From assembly GCA_021792255.1 (NCBI GenBank), contig JAJYUZ010000002.1, positions 349,071 to 413,070 of the forward strand: a stretch of DNA of 64,000 nt. Reading direction: 5' to 3'. The notes beneath the pieces were generated by a model. It ran no database searches and was not told the DNA's origin. It was given only the letters and a program-made list of their open reading frames with translations. The translations under genes were made by a program, and so were the position numbers. This stretch comes from Thermoplasmata archaeon (GTDB lineage Archaea; Thermoplasmatota; Thermoplasmata; Thermoplasmatales; GCA-001856825). Shown here one piece after another: positions 28,982 to 38,341 of this stretch. Within the stretch, counting starts at the first letter, position 1. Every line of letters begins with the position of its first letter.

Positions 28982-29695
28982 ATGGGAAAGAGAATAGTTG
29001 TTCAGAGAAGAGGAAAGGGCGGACTCATGTACAGGAGTCCGAGTCACAGGCATTACGGTCAAATCAAGTATCCGACTGAAAAGAACTGGGAAGGAAGAGT
29101 CGAGAAGCTGGTCAGGGATCCAGGTCACTATGCACCAGTTGCTGTCGTCAGGATGAATGACGAGAGCAACAGGAATTTCATAGCTCACAGTGGTATGTTC
29201 ACTGGACAGAAGATAAGGGGAGGTCTGGACGTTCCCTCTGGAGTTGGCAATACCCTACCACTCGGTTTGATCCCCGATGGTTCTACAGTCTTCAACGTAG
29301 AGGTCAGACCAGGATCCGGTGGCAACATAGCCAGGACTCCGGGGGCGTACTGTACGGTCGTAGCCCATGGGGAAAATGTCACACTCAAACTTCCCTCAGG
29401 AAAGATGAGGGACATCAAGCCGTCGTGTCTAGCGACGATCGGCGTCACCGGTGGGGGAGGAAGAAATTCAAAGCCGTTCCTGAAGGCAGGTAAGAAGATA
29501 CACGCTTACTCGAGCAGAGCAAAGCGCCCATTCTCTGTCAGAGGAATTGCGATGAACGCAGCCAACCATCCGCACGGTGGCGGAAACCATCAGCACGTGG
29601 GAAGGCCATCCACGGTGGGTAGAAATACTCCTCCTGGAAGAAAGGTAGGAAGACTTTCCCCGAGAAAGAAGGTGAAGACAAATGCCGGAAGATAA
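28982..29695 (+). CDS. rpl2: 50S ribosomal protein L2
   Basis: MGKRI..QRRGKG, RGIAMNAANHPHGGG, PPGRKVG. Confidence 0.96.
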   Translation: MGKRIVVQRRGKGGLMYRSPSHRHYGQIKYPTEKNWEGRVEKLVRDPGHYAPVAVVRMNDESNRNFIAHSGMFTGQKIRGGLDVPSGVGNTLPLGLIPDGSTVFNVEVRPGSGGNIARTPGAYCTVVAHGENVTLKLPSGKMRDIKPSCLATIGVTGGGGRNSKPFLKAGKKIHAYSSRAKRPFSVRGIAMNAANHPHGGGNHQHVGRPSTVGRNTPPGRKVGRLSPRKKVKTNAGR

Positions 29696-30137
29696 GAGAT
29701 TGAGATCACAGAAAGCGATTAAGAGGTCCAAGAGGAAGGCGACGAAGGCAATATCGGAGAGAGGGAAGGAGATACTCTACAGAGGCAAGACGCTGGATCA
29801 GTTACTTGCTTTAGATTTTCCCGAACTGCTCAAGACGGTGCCAGCCAGGGCAAGAAGATCCCTGAAGAGGGGGTACAACGTCGAACAGCAGAGACTTCAC
29901 GACAGGCTGCTGGAGGAAGACTCCGTGAAGACGAGAGTCAGGGACCTGATCATAATTCCTCAGTACGTGGGGAAGACGATATCCGTTTACAACGGCCACC
30001 TTTATCAGACATTCACGATTAAGGAAGAGATGATTGGTCATTACCTGGGGGAATTCTCCCAGACGAGGAAAGAAGTGAAACACTCCGGACCCGGAGTGGG
30101 GGCTACTAGAGGATCGAAGTTCCTCCCCCTGAAGTGA
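29682..30137 (+). CDS. rps19: 30S ribosomal protein S19
   Basis: EMIGHYLGEFSQTRKEVKHSGPGVGATR. Confidence 0.95.
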   Translation: MPEDKRLRSQKAIKRSKRKATKAISERGKEILYRGKTLDQLLALDFPELLKTVPARARRSLKRGYNVEQQRLHDRLLEEDSVKTRVRDLIIIPQYVGKTISVYNGHLYQTFTIKEEMIGHYLGEFSQTRKEVKHSGPGVGATRGSKFLPLK

Positions 30138-30146
30138 GGTCTTGAA

Positions 30147-30599
30147 ATGAAATACGTAATAGAAACTGATAAGAAAAAAAGTGCAAGGGCGACGTCAGTG
30201 AACACTCCCATCTCCCCGAGGGACGCTCTAGAGGTGGTCAGGACGGTCAAGGGGATGAAACTCGAGACGGCAAAGGATTACCTGGAGAAGGTCATATCCA
30301 AGACCAATGCAGTCCCGTACAGAAAATTCCTGGACTCGGTATCCCACAAGAGAGGAATCGGCTCCGGAAGGTATCCAGTGAGGGCTGCGAAATATGTTCT
30401 CGAAACATTGACTAATGCCGAAAATAATGCAGAATTCAAACAGCTGGACTCGGAAAAGCTAGTGATAAAGAACGCAGTCGCGCAGCCAGCACCTCCCATC
30501 AAGTACTACACGTACAAGGCGTTTGGATCTAGTGGACACTTTTACAGGGAGAGGGTACACATCCAGATTATTCTAGAAGAGTTGGAGGAGACAGAATGA
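30147..30599 (+). CDS. rpl22: 50S ribosomal protein L22
   Basis: GRYPVRAA, NAENNAE; synteny. Confidence 0.95.
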   Translation: MKYVIETDKKKSARATSVNTPISPRDALEVVRTVKGMKLETAKDYLEKVISKTNAVPYRKFLDSVSHKRGIGSGRYPVRAAKYVLETLTNAENNAEFKQLDSEKLVIKNAVAQPAPPIKYYTYKAFGSSGHFYRERVHIQIILEELEETE

Positions 30600-31249
30600 A
30601 GGAATTGAAGTTTCTTAAGGAAAACATCAGAAGGCAGCTTATCAAGGAATATCTAATTCAGGAAATCGGGGACGCGGGATTTGGAGGAGTCGACATCCAG
30701 AGGACCCCCCAGAACACTATAGTCATGCTCAGGGTAGAGCGACCCGGTCTAGTCATCGGAAGAAGAGGATCGAAGATAAAGAACATGGAGGCTACGCTGG
30801 AGAAGAAGTTTAGCCTGACGAGCCCACTGATCAAGGTCGAAGGAACCGAGGAACCCGGACTGAACGCCCAGATAATGGCACAGAAACTGGCGAGATCGAT
30901 AGAAAAAGGGTGGCACTTCAGGAGAGCGGGACACAGCATCCTCAAGAGGATAATGGACTCGGGAGCTAGAGGGGGACAAGTGAGGATGGGAGGTAAGCTG
31001 ACTGGAGAGAGGTCCAGGACCGTCAAGTACACATCCGGCAAGGTCATATCGTCCGGTTACCCTTCCGAATCTATCGAGAAGGGGTTTGCGGTCGCAATGA
31101 CGAAACCCGGTATCATAGGCATCACGGTAAAGATACTCAGAAAGAACGTAAAGCTGCCAGACGACATCCAGGTTCGCAAGGTCAATTTTGGGGAGGTGAC
31201 GGGCATTGGAGGAAATGAAGGCAAAATCGATCCGCAAGATGAGCAGTGA
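30596..31249 (+). CDS. rps3: 30S ribosomal protein S3
   Basis: RPGLVIGRRG KH motif, GWHFRRAG, GKLTGERSR. Confidence 0.95.
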   Translation: MKELKFLKENIRRQLIKEYLIQEIGDAGFGGVDIQRTPQNTIVMLRVERPGLVIGRRGSKIKNMEATLEKKFSLTSPLIKVEGTEEPGLNAQIMAQKLARSIEKGWHFRRAGHSILKRIMDSGARGGQVRMGGKLTGERSRTVKYTSGKVISSGYPSESIEKGFAVAMTKPGIIGITVKILRKNVKLPDDIQVRKVNFGEVTGIGGNEGKIDPQDEQ

Positions 31250-31406
31250 AGAGATGAAGAAGAAATACAACGATCTGCGAGAGGAACTGATGAGGGAGAG
31301 AGGGATATCAGCTATGGGAGGAGCTCCTCCGAGTCCTGGAAAGATAGAGTCACTGCGAAGACAGCTTGCCAGAATGGAAACGGTGATGAGGGAGATAGAA
31401 AAATGA
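31206..31406 (+). CDS. rpl29: 50S ribosomal protein L29
   Basis: MGGAPPSPGKI..LRRQLARMETV; TTG start 6 nt after GAGGTGA. Confidence 0.92.
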   Translation: MEEMKAKSIRKMSSEEMKKKYNDLREELMRERGISAMGGAPPSPGKIESLRRQLARMETVMREIEK

Positions 31407-31687
31407 AGGACGACAAGATTTTCAGAGACTTGACCCCACTCGACGAGATAGCCAGAGAATCTCAGGTCATAACGATCGAAACAGACAAAAGGAGATACGG
31501 GAAGTGGATGACAATAGTGTCTGGATTTGACCCGCACTCTGAAGACGTCAAAGAGCTGGCGAAAACGCTCAAGAAGAAAACGGCGACTGGTGGAACGGTC
31601 AAGGGAGAGAAGATAGAACTGCAGGGAGACCAGAGGGAAAAGGCAAAGAAGGTTCTCGAGGAAATGGGTTTTAAGGTCGAGGTCTGA
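31403..31687 (+). CDS. Translation initiation factor aIF1 (SUI1)
   Basis: RRYGKWMTIV, GGTVK, IELQGDQR. Confidence 0.92.
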   Translation: MKDDKIFRDLTPLDEIARESQVITIETDKRRYGKWMTIVSGFDPHSEDVKELAKTLKKKTATGGTVKGEKIELQGDQREKAKKVLEEMGFKVEV

Positions 31688-31689
31688 GA

Positions 31690-31947
31690 ATGAACGCTTA
31701 CCTTACCGATGTAATCGGTTACAAGATTAGAGTGATAAAACACACCGATCCGACTCTCGTTGGATTGGAGGGAAAAGTAGTGGACGAGCGAAAGAACATC
31801 CTGACGCTTGAGACGGAGAATGGCAAAAAGATTCTCCCCAAGACGAAGGGAATTTTGATGATTAATGATCAGAGCATGGACCTCGAGAAAATGAGGTTCA
31901 GGCCGGAAGACAAGATGAAAAAGATTAGGAGGAAGGGAAGGCAATGA
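31690..31947 (+). CDS. rnp1: Ribonuclease P protein subunit Rpp29
   Basis: GLEGKVVDE.KN, IPK-like LPK, RPED; synteny. Confidence 0.88.
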   Translation: MNAYLTDVIGYKIRVIKHTDPTLVGLEGKVVDERKNILTLETENGKKILPKTKGILMINDQSMDLEKMRFRPEDKMKKIRRKGRQ

Positions 31948-32270
31948 GGAACATAGGCATAGAAGTAAACGAACCCAAGGAAGAATGCACCGATTCGAAG
32001 TGCCCATTTCACGGGGAACTGGGAGTGAAATCCCCTGTCATAGAGGGGAAGATCACGTCGGTTTCCATGAAGGGTACGGTGACGGTCTTGAGGGAATATC
32101 TGAAGAAGAACGAGAAGTACGAGAGATACGAGAAGAGACGGAAGAAGTATCACGCACACCTCCCGGGTTGCATACACGTCAAGCTGGGAGACGTCGTCAA
32201 GATAGCATATGCAAGGCCACTGGCCAAGTCAGTATCGTTCGTGGTAATAGAGAAGGAGGAGAGACTGTGA
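31944..32270 (+). CDS. rps17: 30S ribosomal protein S17
   Basis: CPFHG, KYERYEKRR, RPLAKS. Confidence 0.95.
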   Translation: MRNIGIEVNEPKEECTDSKCPFHGELGVKSPVIEGKITSVSMKGTVTVLREYLKKNEKYERYEKRRKKYHAHLPGCIHVKLGDVVKIAYARPLAKSVSFVVIEKEERL

Positions 32271-32665
32271 AGGGACTGGCAGGAGTACAGATGAGGGGTC
32301 TCCCGCTGGGGGCAAACCTTGAGTGCGCAGATAACTCCGGTGCGAAGATGCTTTCTTTGATCAACGTGAAGGCATACCACAACACCAAGAGAAGAGTCCC
32401 GGCCGCGTCTGTCGGTGACATGATCGTTGCCTCAGTAAAGAGGGGATCTCCAGAAATGAGAAGAAAGGTGGTCTACGCTATCGTGATCAGACAGAGAAGG
32501 ACGTTCAGGAGACAGGATGGAGTGATGGTCGAATTTGAAGACAACGCAGCGGTACTGGTTCAAGACAACGGCGAAACCAGAGGGACCGAGATAAAGGGAC
32601 CGGTGGCGAAGGAGGCCGCCGAGAGATGGCCGAGGGTTGCCGCCCTCGCGAGTTCCATCGTGTGA
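32267..32665 (+). CDS. rpl14: 50S ribosomal protein L14
   Basis: CADNSGAK, EFEDNAAV, KGPVAKEAAERWP; true start GTG 32267. Confidence 0.95.
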   Translation: MKGLAGVQMRGLPLGANLECADNSGAKMLSLINVKAYHNTKRRVPAASVGDMIVASVKRGSPEMRRKVVYAIVIRQRRTFRRQDGVMVEFEDNAAVLVQDNGETRGTEIKGPVAKEAAERWPRVAALASSIV

Positions 32666-32675
32666 GGTGAAAGAG

Positions 32676-33134
32676 ATGAAAAACGTTAGCGTTCATCTGT
32701 CAAAGGACCTGATTTCAAAGTATGGAATCAAGAATTTTCCAGTAAGGAAGGGAGATCTCGTCAGGATAGTCAGAGGAGATGCTGAGAAGGACGAGAAACT
32801 GAACATCGTGGGAAAGGAGGGAAAGGTGATCAAGATAGTCACCGATGAGGGCAAAGTCATCATCGAAAACATAAACATAGCGAAGGCAGACGGAAAGATG
32901 AAACCGAGAAAACTTGACCCCTCTGCCGTCGTTCTTACCAAGCTTATCCTGGAAGACAAGAAGAGGAAGGAGAGGCTGACCAGGCTCGCATCCCTCAGGA
33001 ACAAGGTCGTGGAGGACGAGCCAGAGCCTGAACCCAAGGAACCAGAAAAGACTGAGGAGAAAGGCGAAGAGCCAGAGGCTCCCGCAGAAAAAGAGACAGA
33101 GGAAGAGGAAAAGGAGGAAGAAGAAAATGAGTAA
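32676..33134 (+). CDS. rpl24: 50S ribosomal protein L24 with acidic C-terminal tail
   Basis: KOW motif PVRKGDLVRIVRG; start ATG 32676 after GAGGTGA. Confidence 0.92.
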   Translation: MKNVSVHLSKDLISKYGIKNFPVRKGDLVRIVRGDAEKDEKLNIVGKEGKVIKIVTDEGKVIIENINIAKADGKMKPRKLDPSAVVLTKLILEDKKRKERLTRLASLRNKVVEDEPEPEPKEPEKTEEKGEEPEAPAEKETEEEEKEEEENE

Positions 33135-33831
33135 GCACGTCAAGAGACTTGCGTCGCCGACGACCTGGAAGCAACCGAGGAAGAAGTTCGCCTGGTCCGT
33201 CCGTTCCCGGGCAGGACCACATCCGCTCAAAGCGAGCGTTCCTCTCATGGTCGTGATAAGGGACGTACTGAAGTTTGCCGACACATCCAAGGAAGCGAGA
33301 AACATAATAACCAAAGGAAAAGTGGAAGTGGATGGCAGAGTCGTGAAGGACTACCAGAGACCCGTTGGATTCATGGACGTTCTGTCCGTGAAGGATTCAG
33401 GGGTCGCAAAGAGGGTACTGATGGATAAGAAGGGTACGCTGATTCTTGCTGATCTGAACTCACAAGAAGTTAACTGGAAACTGGTAAAAGTGACAGGGAA
33501 GACTATAGCAAAGGGTGGCAAGATACAGATCGCAACCCACGACGGGAGGGTAATTCTCTCCAGCGAGGAGAACGTAAAGAGGGGAGACACCCTGAAGATC
33601 AGTATTCCGGACCAAAAGATACTGGAAGTCTATCCGATGGCAAAGGAAACGTCCGTATATGTTACGGGCGGAGCTCACAAGGGGACGATAACGACGATCA
33701 AAGAAATTAACGTCTCTAGAAGCTACCAGGAGAATACGGTGGAGAGCAACGACAACTTTACGACCACCATGTCAAACGTATTCGTGCTTGGAAAATCCAA
33801 GGGCGAGATAACGATCCCAGGAGGCGCTTAG
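33127..33831 (+). CDS. rps4e: 30S ribosomal protein S4e
   Basis: KHVKRLASP, GPH, VDGRVVKD..PVGFMDV, HDGR. Confidence 0.95.
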   Translation: MSKHVKRLASPTTWKQPRKKFAWSVRSRAGPHPLKASVPLMVVIRDVLKFADTSKEARNIITKGKVEVDGRVVKDYQRPVGFMDVLSVKDSGVAKRVLMDKKGTLILADLNSQEVNWKLVKVTGKTIAKGGKIQIATHDGRVILSSEENVKRGDTLKISIPDQKILEVYPMAKETSVYVTGGAHKGTITTIKEINVSRSYQENTVESNDNFTTTMSNVFVLGKSKGEITIPGGA

Positions 33832-33832
33832 A

Positions 33833-34351
33833 ATGGTGGACATGAGAGACGTAGTAATCGACAAAGTCACGATAAACATAGGTGTGGGAGAATCGGGAGA
33901 AAAGCTGGAGAAGGCAAAGAGCGTCCTCAAACTTCTGACCACCGGAAATCCCACGATCACAAAGGCAAAGAGAACCAGCAGAGAATTCGGATTGAGAAGG
34001 GATCAGCCTATCGGGGTCAAGGTCACTCTGAAGGGAGAGGAGATGGACAGGTTCCTCAAGACCGCCCTGTGGGTCAAGAACAACAAGTGCCTGAGCTACT
34101 CCTTTTCGGAGCAGGGAAGCTACAGCTTTGGCATCGCAGACTACACGGATTTCAAGGGTATGAAGTACAACCCGGAGATCGGAATTTTCGGGATGGATGT
34201 GGTCGTCACTTTCAAGAGAAGAGGTGGCTACAGGGTAGCGAGAAGATGGATAACTCCGCGCCCAGTTCCGAAGAAGATCAGGGTCAAAAGGGAAGAAATG
34301 ATGAAATTCATGAAGGAAAACTACAACGTAGAGATTCTGGAGGTGGGATGA
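33833..34351 (+). CDS. rpl5: 50S ribosomal protein L5
   Basis: KVTINIGVGESGEKL, YNPEIGIFGMDV. Confidence 0.95.
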   Translation: MVDMRDVVIDKVTINIGVGESGEKLEKAKSVLKLLTTGNPTITKAKRTSREFGLRRDQPIGVKVTLKGEEMDRFLKTALWVKNNKCLSYSFSEQGSYSFGIADYTDFKGMKYNPEIGIFGMDVVVTFKRRGGYRVARRWITPRPVPKKIRVKREEMMKFMKENYNVEILEVG

Positions 34352-34513
34352 GTGACGCAGACTAAGCTTGCCCCAAAGAAGAAGTACGGCAGGAAGGAAG
34401 GGTGCGAAAGGTGCGGAAGGAAGAGGGGTCTAGTGAGAAGGTATAACCTTCATCTCTGCAGGCAGTGCTTCAGGGAGATAGCTCCCGAGCTGGGGTTCGA
34501 GAAATATTCGTGA
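34352..34513 (+). CDS. rps14: 30S ribosomal protein S14 (zinc type)
   Basis: Read by hand: [36 protein letters not shown]; absent from ORF track. Confidence 0.93.
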   Translation: MTQTKLAPKKKYGRKEGCERCGRKRGLVRRYNLHLCRQCFREIAPELGFEKYS

Positions 34514-34522
34514 GGTGAAAGA

Positions 34523-34906
34523 ATGGGAGATACGTTAAACGATGCATTAATTTCCATTAAGAACGCTTCTAAGCTGGGAAGACAGGAACTTGACGTCAGG
34601 GCGTCAAATCTAGTTGGAAGGGTACTTCGCGTGTTCCAGAAGTATGGCTACATCGAGGAGTACGAATACGTGGAAAACGGGAAGGGTGGATTATTCAAGG
34701 TAAAGGTTGCGAAGACCGTCAATAACTGCGGAGCCATCAAGCCAAGATTTTCAATAAAGAGGGACGAACTGGAAAGGTGGGAGTCGCGATACCTTCCGGC
34801 CCAGGATATAGGAATCCTGGTCATATCCACCACTTCTGGTGTGATGAGCAACGCGGAAGCGAAGAAAAAGGGAACCGGAGGAAAGGCGCTTGCCTTCATC
34901 TACTGA
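34523..34906 (+). CDS. rps8: 30S ribosomal protein S8
   Basis: NNCGAIKPRF, YLPA, STTSGVM. Confidence 0.95.
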   Translation: MGDTLNDALISIKNASKLGRQELDVRASNLVGRVLRVFQKYGYIEEYEYVENGKGGLFKVKVAKTVNNCGAIKPRFSIKRDELERWESRYLPAQDIGILVISTTSGVMSNAEAKKKGTGGKALAFIY

Positions 34907-34916
34907 GGTGATATGA

Positions 34917-35450
34917 ATGGAAAGAATAATAGAGATTCCCCAGGGTGTGAAGGTGAAGATACAGGGTTTCGAATTCGAAGCCCAGGGTGCGAGGGGTAAG
35001 GTCACGAAAACGTTCAGGAACGAATACGTTTCTGTCGAAATGAAGGACAAGAAGATCAGGGTATTCACCAAGAGAGAAAAGAAAACGGATACGGCAGTCG
35101 TCGGCACTTGGGAGAGCATAATTAAGAGCTCCTTTACTGGAGTCACGAAGGGCTTCATTTACACGATGAAGATCGTCTATGCCCACTTCCCGGTGAAAGT
35201 GACGGTCAAGGGAAATCAGGTGCTTCTAGACAACTTCCTCGGGGAGAAGAGTCCGAGAAAGATAACGCTCGGACCAGACACAAAGGTCACAGTCAAGGGA
35301 GATCTCGTCACAGTCGAAGGGAGTGATCTCGAAGTGACAGGTAATGCCGCTGCAAGGATAGAAAAGATGAGCAAGATCAAGGGATTCGATCCTAGGGTAT
35401 TCCAGGATGGAATCTACATTGTAAGGAAGGGTGATGTTATTGAAGGCTGA
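34917..35450 (+). CDS. rpl6: 50S ribosomal protein L6
   Basis: YAHFPV, NFLGEK, DPRVFQDGIYI. Confidence 0.95.
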   Translation: MERIIEIPQGVKVKIQGFEFEAQGARGKVTKTFRNEYVSVEMKDKKIRVFTKREKKTDTAVVGTWESIIKSSFTGVTKGFIYTMKIVYAHFPVKVTVKGNQVLLDNFLGEKSPRKITLGPDTKVTVKGDLVTVEGSDLEVTGNAAARIEKMSKIKGFDPRVFQDGIYIVRKGDVIEG

Positions 35451-35835
35451 ATTGGATAAGGAAGGAAAGAGACTGTTAGGAATCAGGAACAAAATGAACA
35501 GGAAGAGACCCGAATTTCACAGACAGGAATGGTTCAGGTATCAGAGGCTCGGAACGTCTTGGCGGAAGCCGAGAGGAAAACACTCAAAGCTGAGGGAAAA
35601 GAAGGGCTACAGGCACGCCTGGGTGGAGTCTGGGTACAGAGGACCCGTCAGAGTCAGGAATCTGCATCCGTCTGGATTCGAGGAAGTGTACGTTACCAGC
35701 ATCACAGATCTGGAGAAGATCAACCCTAAGCTGCAGGCTGCGAGAATCAGCTCGACGATAGGGATGAGGAAGAGAAGATTCATACAGGAGAAAGCAAAGG
35801 CTGCAGGCATAAGACTCCTCAACGAGGTGAAATGA
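35431..35835 (+). CDS. rpl32e: 50S ribosomal protein L32e
   Basis: WRKPRGKHSK, LHPSGFEEV. Confidence 0.95.
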   Translation: MMLLKAELDKEGKRLLGIRNKMNRKRPEFHRQEWFRYQRLGTSWRKPRGKHSKLREKKGYRHAWVESGYRGPVRVRNLHPSGFEEVYVTSITDLEKINPKLQAARISSTIGMRKRRFIQEKAKAAGIRLLNEVK

Positions 35836-36290
35836 TGGCGACCCTTAGTCCACAGAAGAGAATGGCCGCATCTATTCTCAAGTCCGGAATGTCAAGAGTC
35901 TGGATGGACACAAAGAGTATCGACGACATTGCTGAGGCGGTTACGAGGGACGACATCAGGAAGCTCATAAAGAAAAACGTCATCCAAAAGAGGTCCGCAA
36001 AGGGTAACTCTAGGGGCAGGTTCAAGGTCGCGAAGGCCCAGAGAAACAAGGGACGAAGAAAAGGTCCCGGATCGAGAAAGGGAACCAAGAACGCAAGGGA
36101 TCCCAGAAAGAGGAAATGGATAAGGAGCATAAGATCGATGAGAAATTCCCTGAAGGAGATGAGAGATTCCGGGAAAATAACGAGGACCGACTACAGGGTA
36201 TTCTACAAGAAGATCAAGGGAGGCGCGTTCCGGAGCAGAAACGCCCTGCTGCTTCACATGAGGGAAGAGGGAGTTCTCAAGGGTGAGTGA
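35832..36290 (+). CDS. rpl19e: 50S ribosomal protein L19e
   Basis: QKRMAA, TRDDIRKLI, KGRRKGPGSRKG. Confidence 0.95.
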   Translation: MMATLSPQKRMAASILKSGMSRVWMDTKSIDDIAEAVTRDDIRKLIKKNVIQKRSAKGNSRGRFKVAKAQRNKGRRKGPGSRKGTKNARDPRKRKWIRSIRSMRNSLKEMRDSGKITRTDYRVFYKKIKGGAFRSRNALLLHMREEGVLKGE

Positions 36291-36789
36291 AATGAGATCA
36301 AGATACGTTATGCCGCTGAAGCGGAGAAGGTTGAAGAAAACCGATTACAAGAAGAGGCTCGCACTCATCAAGGGCGGTATGCCCAGGGCGATCGTAAGAA
36401 GGTCGCTGAAGAACATGAATGTCGATATAGCAGAGTACGCCGTCAGTGGGGACAAGATCGTGGCCCACGGGTCTACGGTGGAACTGAAGAAGTTCGGCTG
36501 GAAGAGCCCGACGGGAAACACTCCGTCTTCGTATCTTGCGGGGTATCTCGCGGGATTGAGGGCAAAGAAGAAGGGGATAAAGAAGGTGATCGTGGACCTT
36601 GGCAGGCAGAAGGTGATAAAGGGTGGCAAACTCATGGCCAGCGTCCAGGGTCTGCTGGACTCGGGACTGAAGGTCCCGGTGAGCAAGAAGTTCCTGCCCA
36701 ATAAGGACAGGCTTGCAGGAAAACACCTTAAGACAATTCAGGAAAATGCGATGGATGAAGTGAAGAAAGCGATGGAGGAATCACTGTGA
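36283..36789 (+). CDS. rpl18: 50S ribosomal protein L18
   Basis: [23 protein letters not shown]. Confidence 0.95.
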   Translation: MSEMRSRYVMPLKRRRLKKTDYKKRLALIKGGMPRAIVRRSLKNMNVDIAEYAVSGDKIVAHGSTVELKKFGWKSPTGNTPSSYLAGYLAGLRAKKKGIKKVIVDLGRQKVIKGGKLMASVQGLLDSGLKVPVSKKFLPNKDRLAGKHLKTIQENAMDEVKKAMEESL

Positions 36790-37472
36790 CTAAAGACGCA
36801 ATTGAGTGGATACCCAAAACGAGACTTGGAAAGATGGTCAAAGAGGGCAAGATCAAGTCAATATCCGAAGTCCTTGGCACGCACATGCCGATAAGGGAAT
36901 CCGGAATCGTTGACACCCTTGTTCCCAACCTGGAGGATGAGGTAATCGAGATCAAGATGGTCCAGAAGATGTCAGACTCAGGAAGAAAAGTCAAGTTCGC
37001 TGCGACCGTCGTAATAGGAAACAAGGACGGATACGTGGGCATGGGTCACGGCAAGGCAAGGGAGACGGGCGACGCAATACAGAAAGCCATAGAAAACGCA
37101 AAGATAAATCTCATCGAGATAAAGAGGGGGTGCGGATCCTGGGAGTGTGGATGTGGAAGGAGCCACACGCTTCCTTTCGAAGTTCTGGGAAAGTCGGGCT
37201 CGGTAAGAGTCTATTTGAAGCCAGCTCCGCAGGGAGTTGGACTGGCCATTGGTGACATACCGAAGAAGGTTCTGACTATCGCAGGAATCCAGGATACGTG
37301 GGGGTTTTCAGAGGGGCACACCAAGAGCACACTGAACTTCGCTTATGCAACGTTCAATGCCCTCAAAGAGACGTCTAAATTCAAGATAAATGAAAAGCTG
37401 AACCTCAGTACCCCGATATACAAGGGAGGTGTGATGAATGTTAGCAGTGATAAAAATCAGGGGAAGCAATAA
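36786..37472 (+). CDS. rps5: 30S ribosomal protein S5
   Basis: [27 protein letters not shown]. Confidence 0.95.
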   Translation: MTKDAIEWIPKTRLGKMVKEGKIKSISEVLGTHMPIRESGIVDTLVPNLEDEVIEIKMVQKMSDSGRKVKFAATVVIGNKDGYVGMGHGKARETGDAIQKAIENAKINLIEIKRGCGSWECGCGRSHTLPFEVLGKSGSVRVYLKPAPQGVGLAIGDIPKKVLTIAGIQDTWGFSEGHTKSTLNFAYATFNALKETSKFKINEKLNLSTPIYKGGVMNVSSDKNQGKQ

Positions 37473-37920
37473 AACGGAAGTTGGAATTAGAAGGGCATTC
37501 CAGGAGCTGAGACTCACGAGGAACAATCACCTCGTCTTGGTGGACGAGTCTCAAATAGGGCAGATCAAGAAAGCAAAAGATTACGTGACGTGGGGAGAGG
37601 TTGACGAGGAACACGTGGTCAAGCTACTCCAGGAAAAGGGAAGAATGACGGGCGGAAAACCCCTGGACGACGCGGTTTTGAAGGAACTCGGGTTTGCCAC
37701 GATTAACGAGATGGCATCCAAGCTTCTCGACGGCAGTCTCAGGGTAAAGGACATAGAGGGCATGAAGCCAGTCTTCAGAATGAACCCTCCCAGAAGGGGA
37801 TATCATTCGACTAAAAGGACCTACAAGCTCAAGGGCGCCCTGGGATACAGGGGAAAGGACATAAACAAACTCATAGACGCTATGCTGGAAGGTGGTAAGA
37901 GTGGTCAAGGAGAAAACTAA
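37438..37920 (+). CDS. rpl30: 50S ribosomal protein L30
   Basis: [28 protein letters not shown]. Confidence 0.94.
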   Translation: MLAVIKIRGSNKTEVGIRRAFQELRLTRNNHLVLVDESQIGQIKKAKDYVTWGEVDEEHVVKLLQEKGRMTGGKPLDDAVLKELGFATINEMASKLLDGSLRVKDIEGMKPVFRMNPPRRGYHSTKRTYKLKGALGYRGKDINKLIDAMLEGGKSGQGEN

Positions 37921-38341
37921 GAAATACAGAGGAACGTACTACGGGAGGGGAAAGAAGGCCGGTAGGGGGAAGGGAAAGAGAGGAGGAAAAGGAATGGCTG
38001 GCCTGGGAAAGCACAGGTGGATCTGGATGGTTAAGAACATGCCTGACCACTATGGCAGCCATGGGTTCGTGAGGCACTCCCAAAAGGTAGAAGTCAAGGC
38101 GATAAACGTGGGAGATCTTGACAGGACCTCGGAAAGACTGATCGAAACCGGAATGGCACGGATGGAAGAGGACAAGGTCAGAGTGGATCTCGAAAAGATG
38201 GGGTATGCAGTCCTTCTCGGAGGAGGACAGGTTGGGAAACCATTGCTGATCAAGGTAGGAAGGGCAACAGAAAAGGCTAAAGAAAAAATTAAGAGCGCAG
38301 GGGGAGAGGTAGAAACTAATGGCGGAGATAAAGAGGAATAG
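37892..38341 (+). CDS. rpl15: 50S ribosomal protein L15
   Basis: RGGKGMAG, AKEKIKSAGG. Confidence 0.94.
   Translation: MVRVVKEKTKKYRGTYYGRGKKAGRGKGKRGGKGMAGLGKHRWIWMVKNMPDHYGSHGFVRHSQKVEVKAINVGDLDRTSERLIETGMARMEEDKVRVDLEKMGYAVLLGGGQVGKPLLIKVGRATEKAKEKIKSAGGEVETNGGDKEE

Noticed and set aside
32676-33134. L24 with short N-terminus and Glu/Pro-rich tail
   Set aside because: Matches what I recall of Thermoplasma L24; a lineage trait rather than a novelty
30658-33314. Long antisense and alternative-frame ORFs in the r-protein operon (for example 30749-31537, 31985-32266, 32715-33314)
   Set aside because: Shadow ORFs from purine-rich biased codon usage; no protein-like motifs
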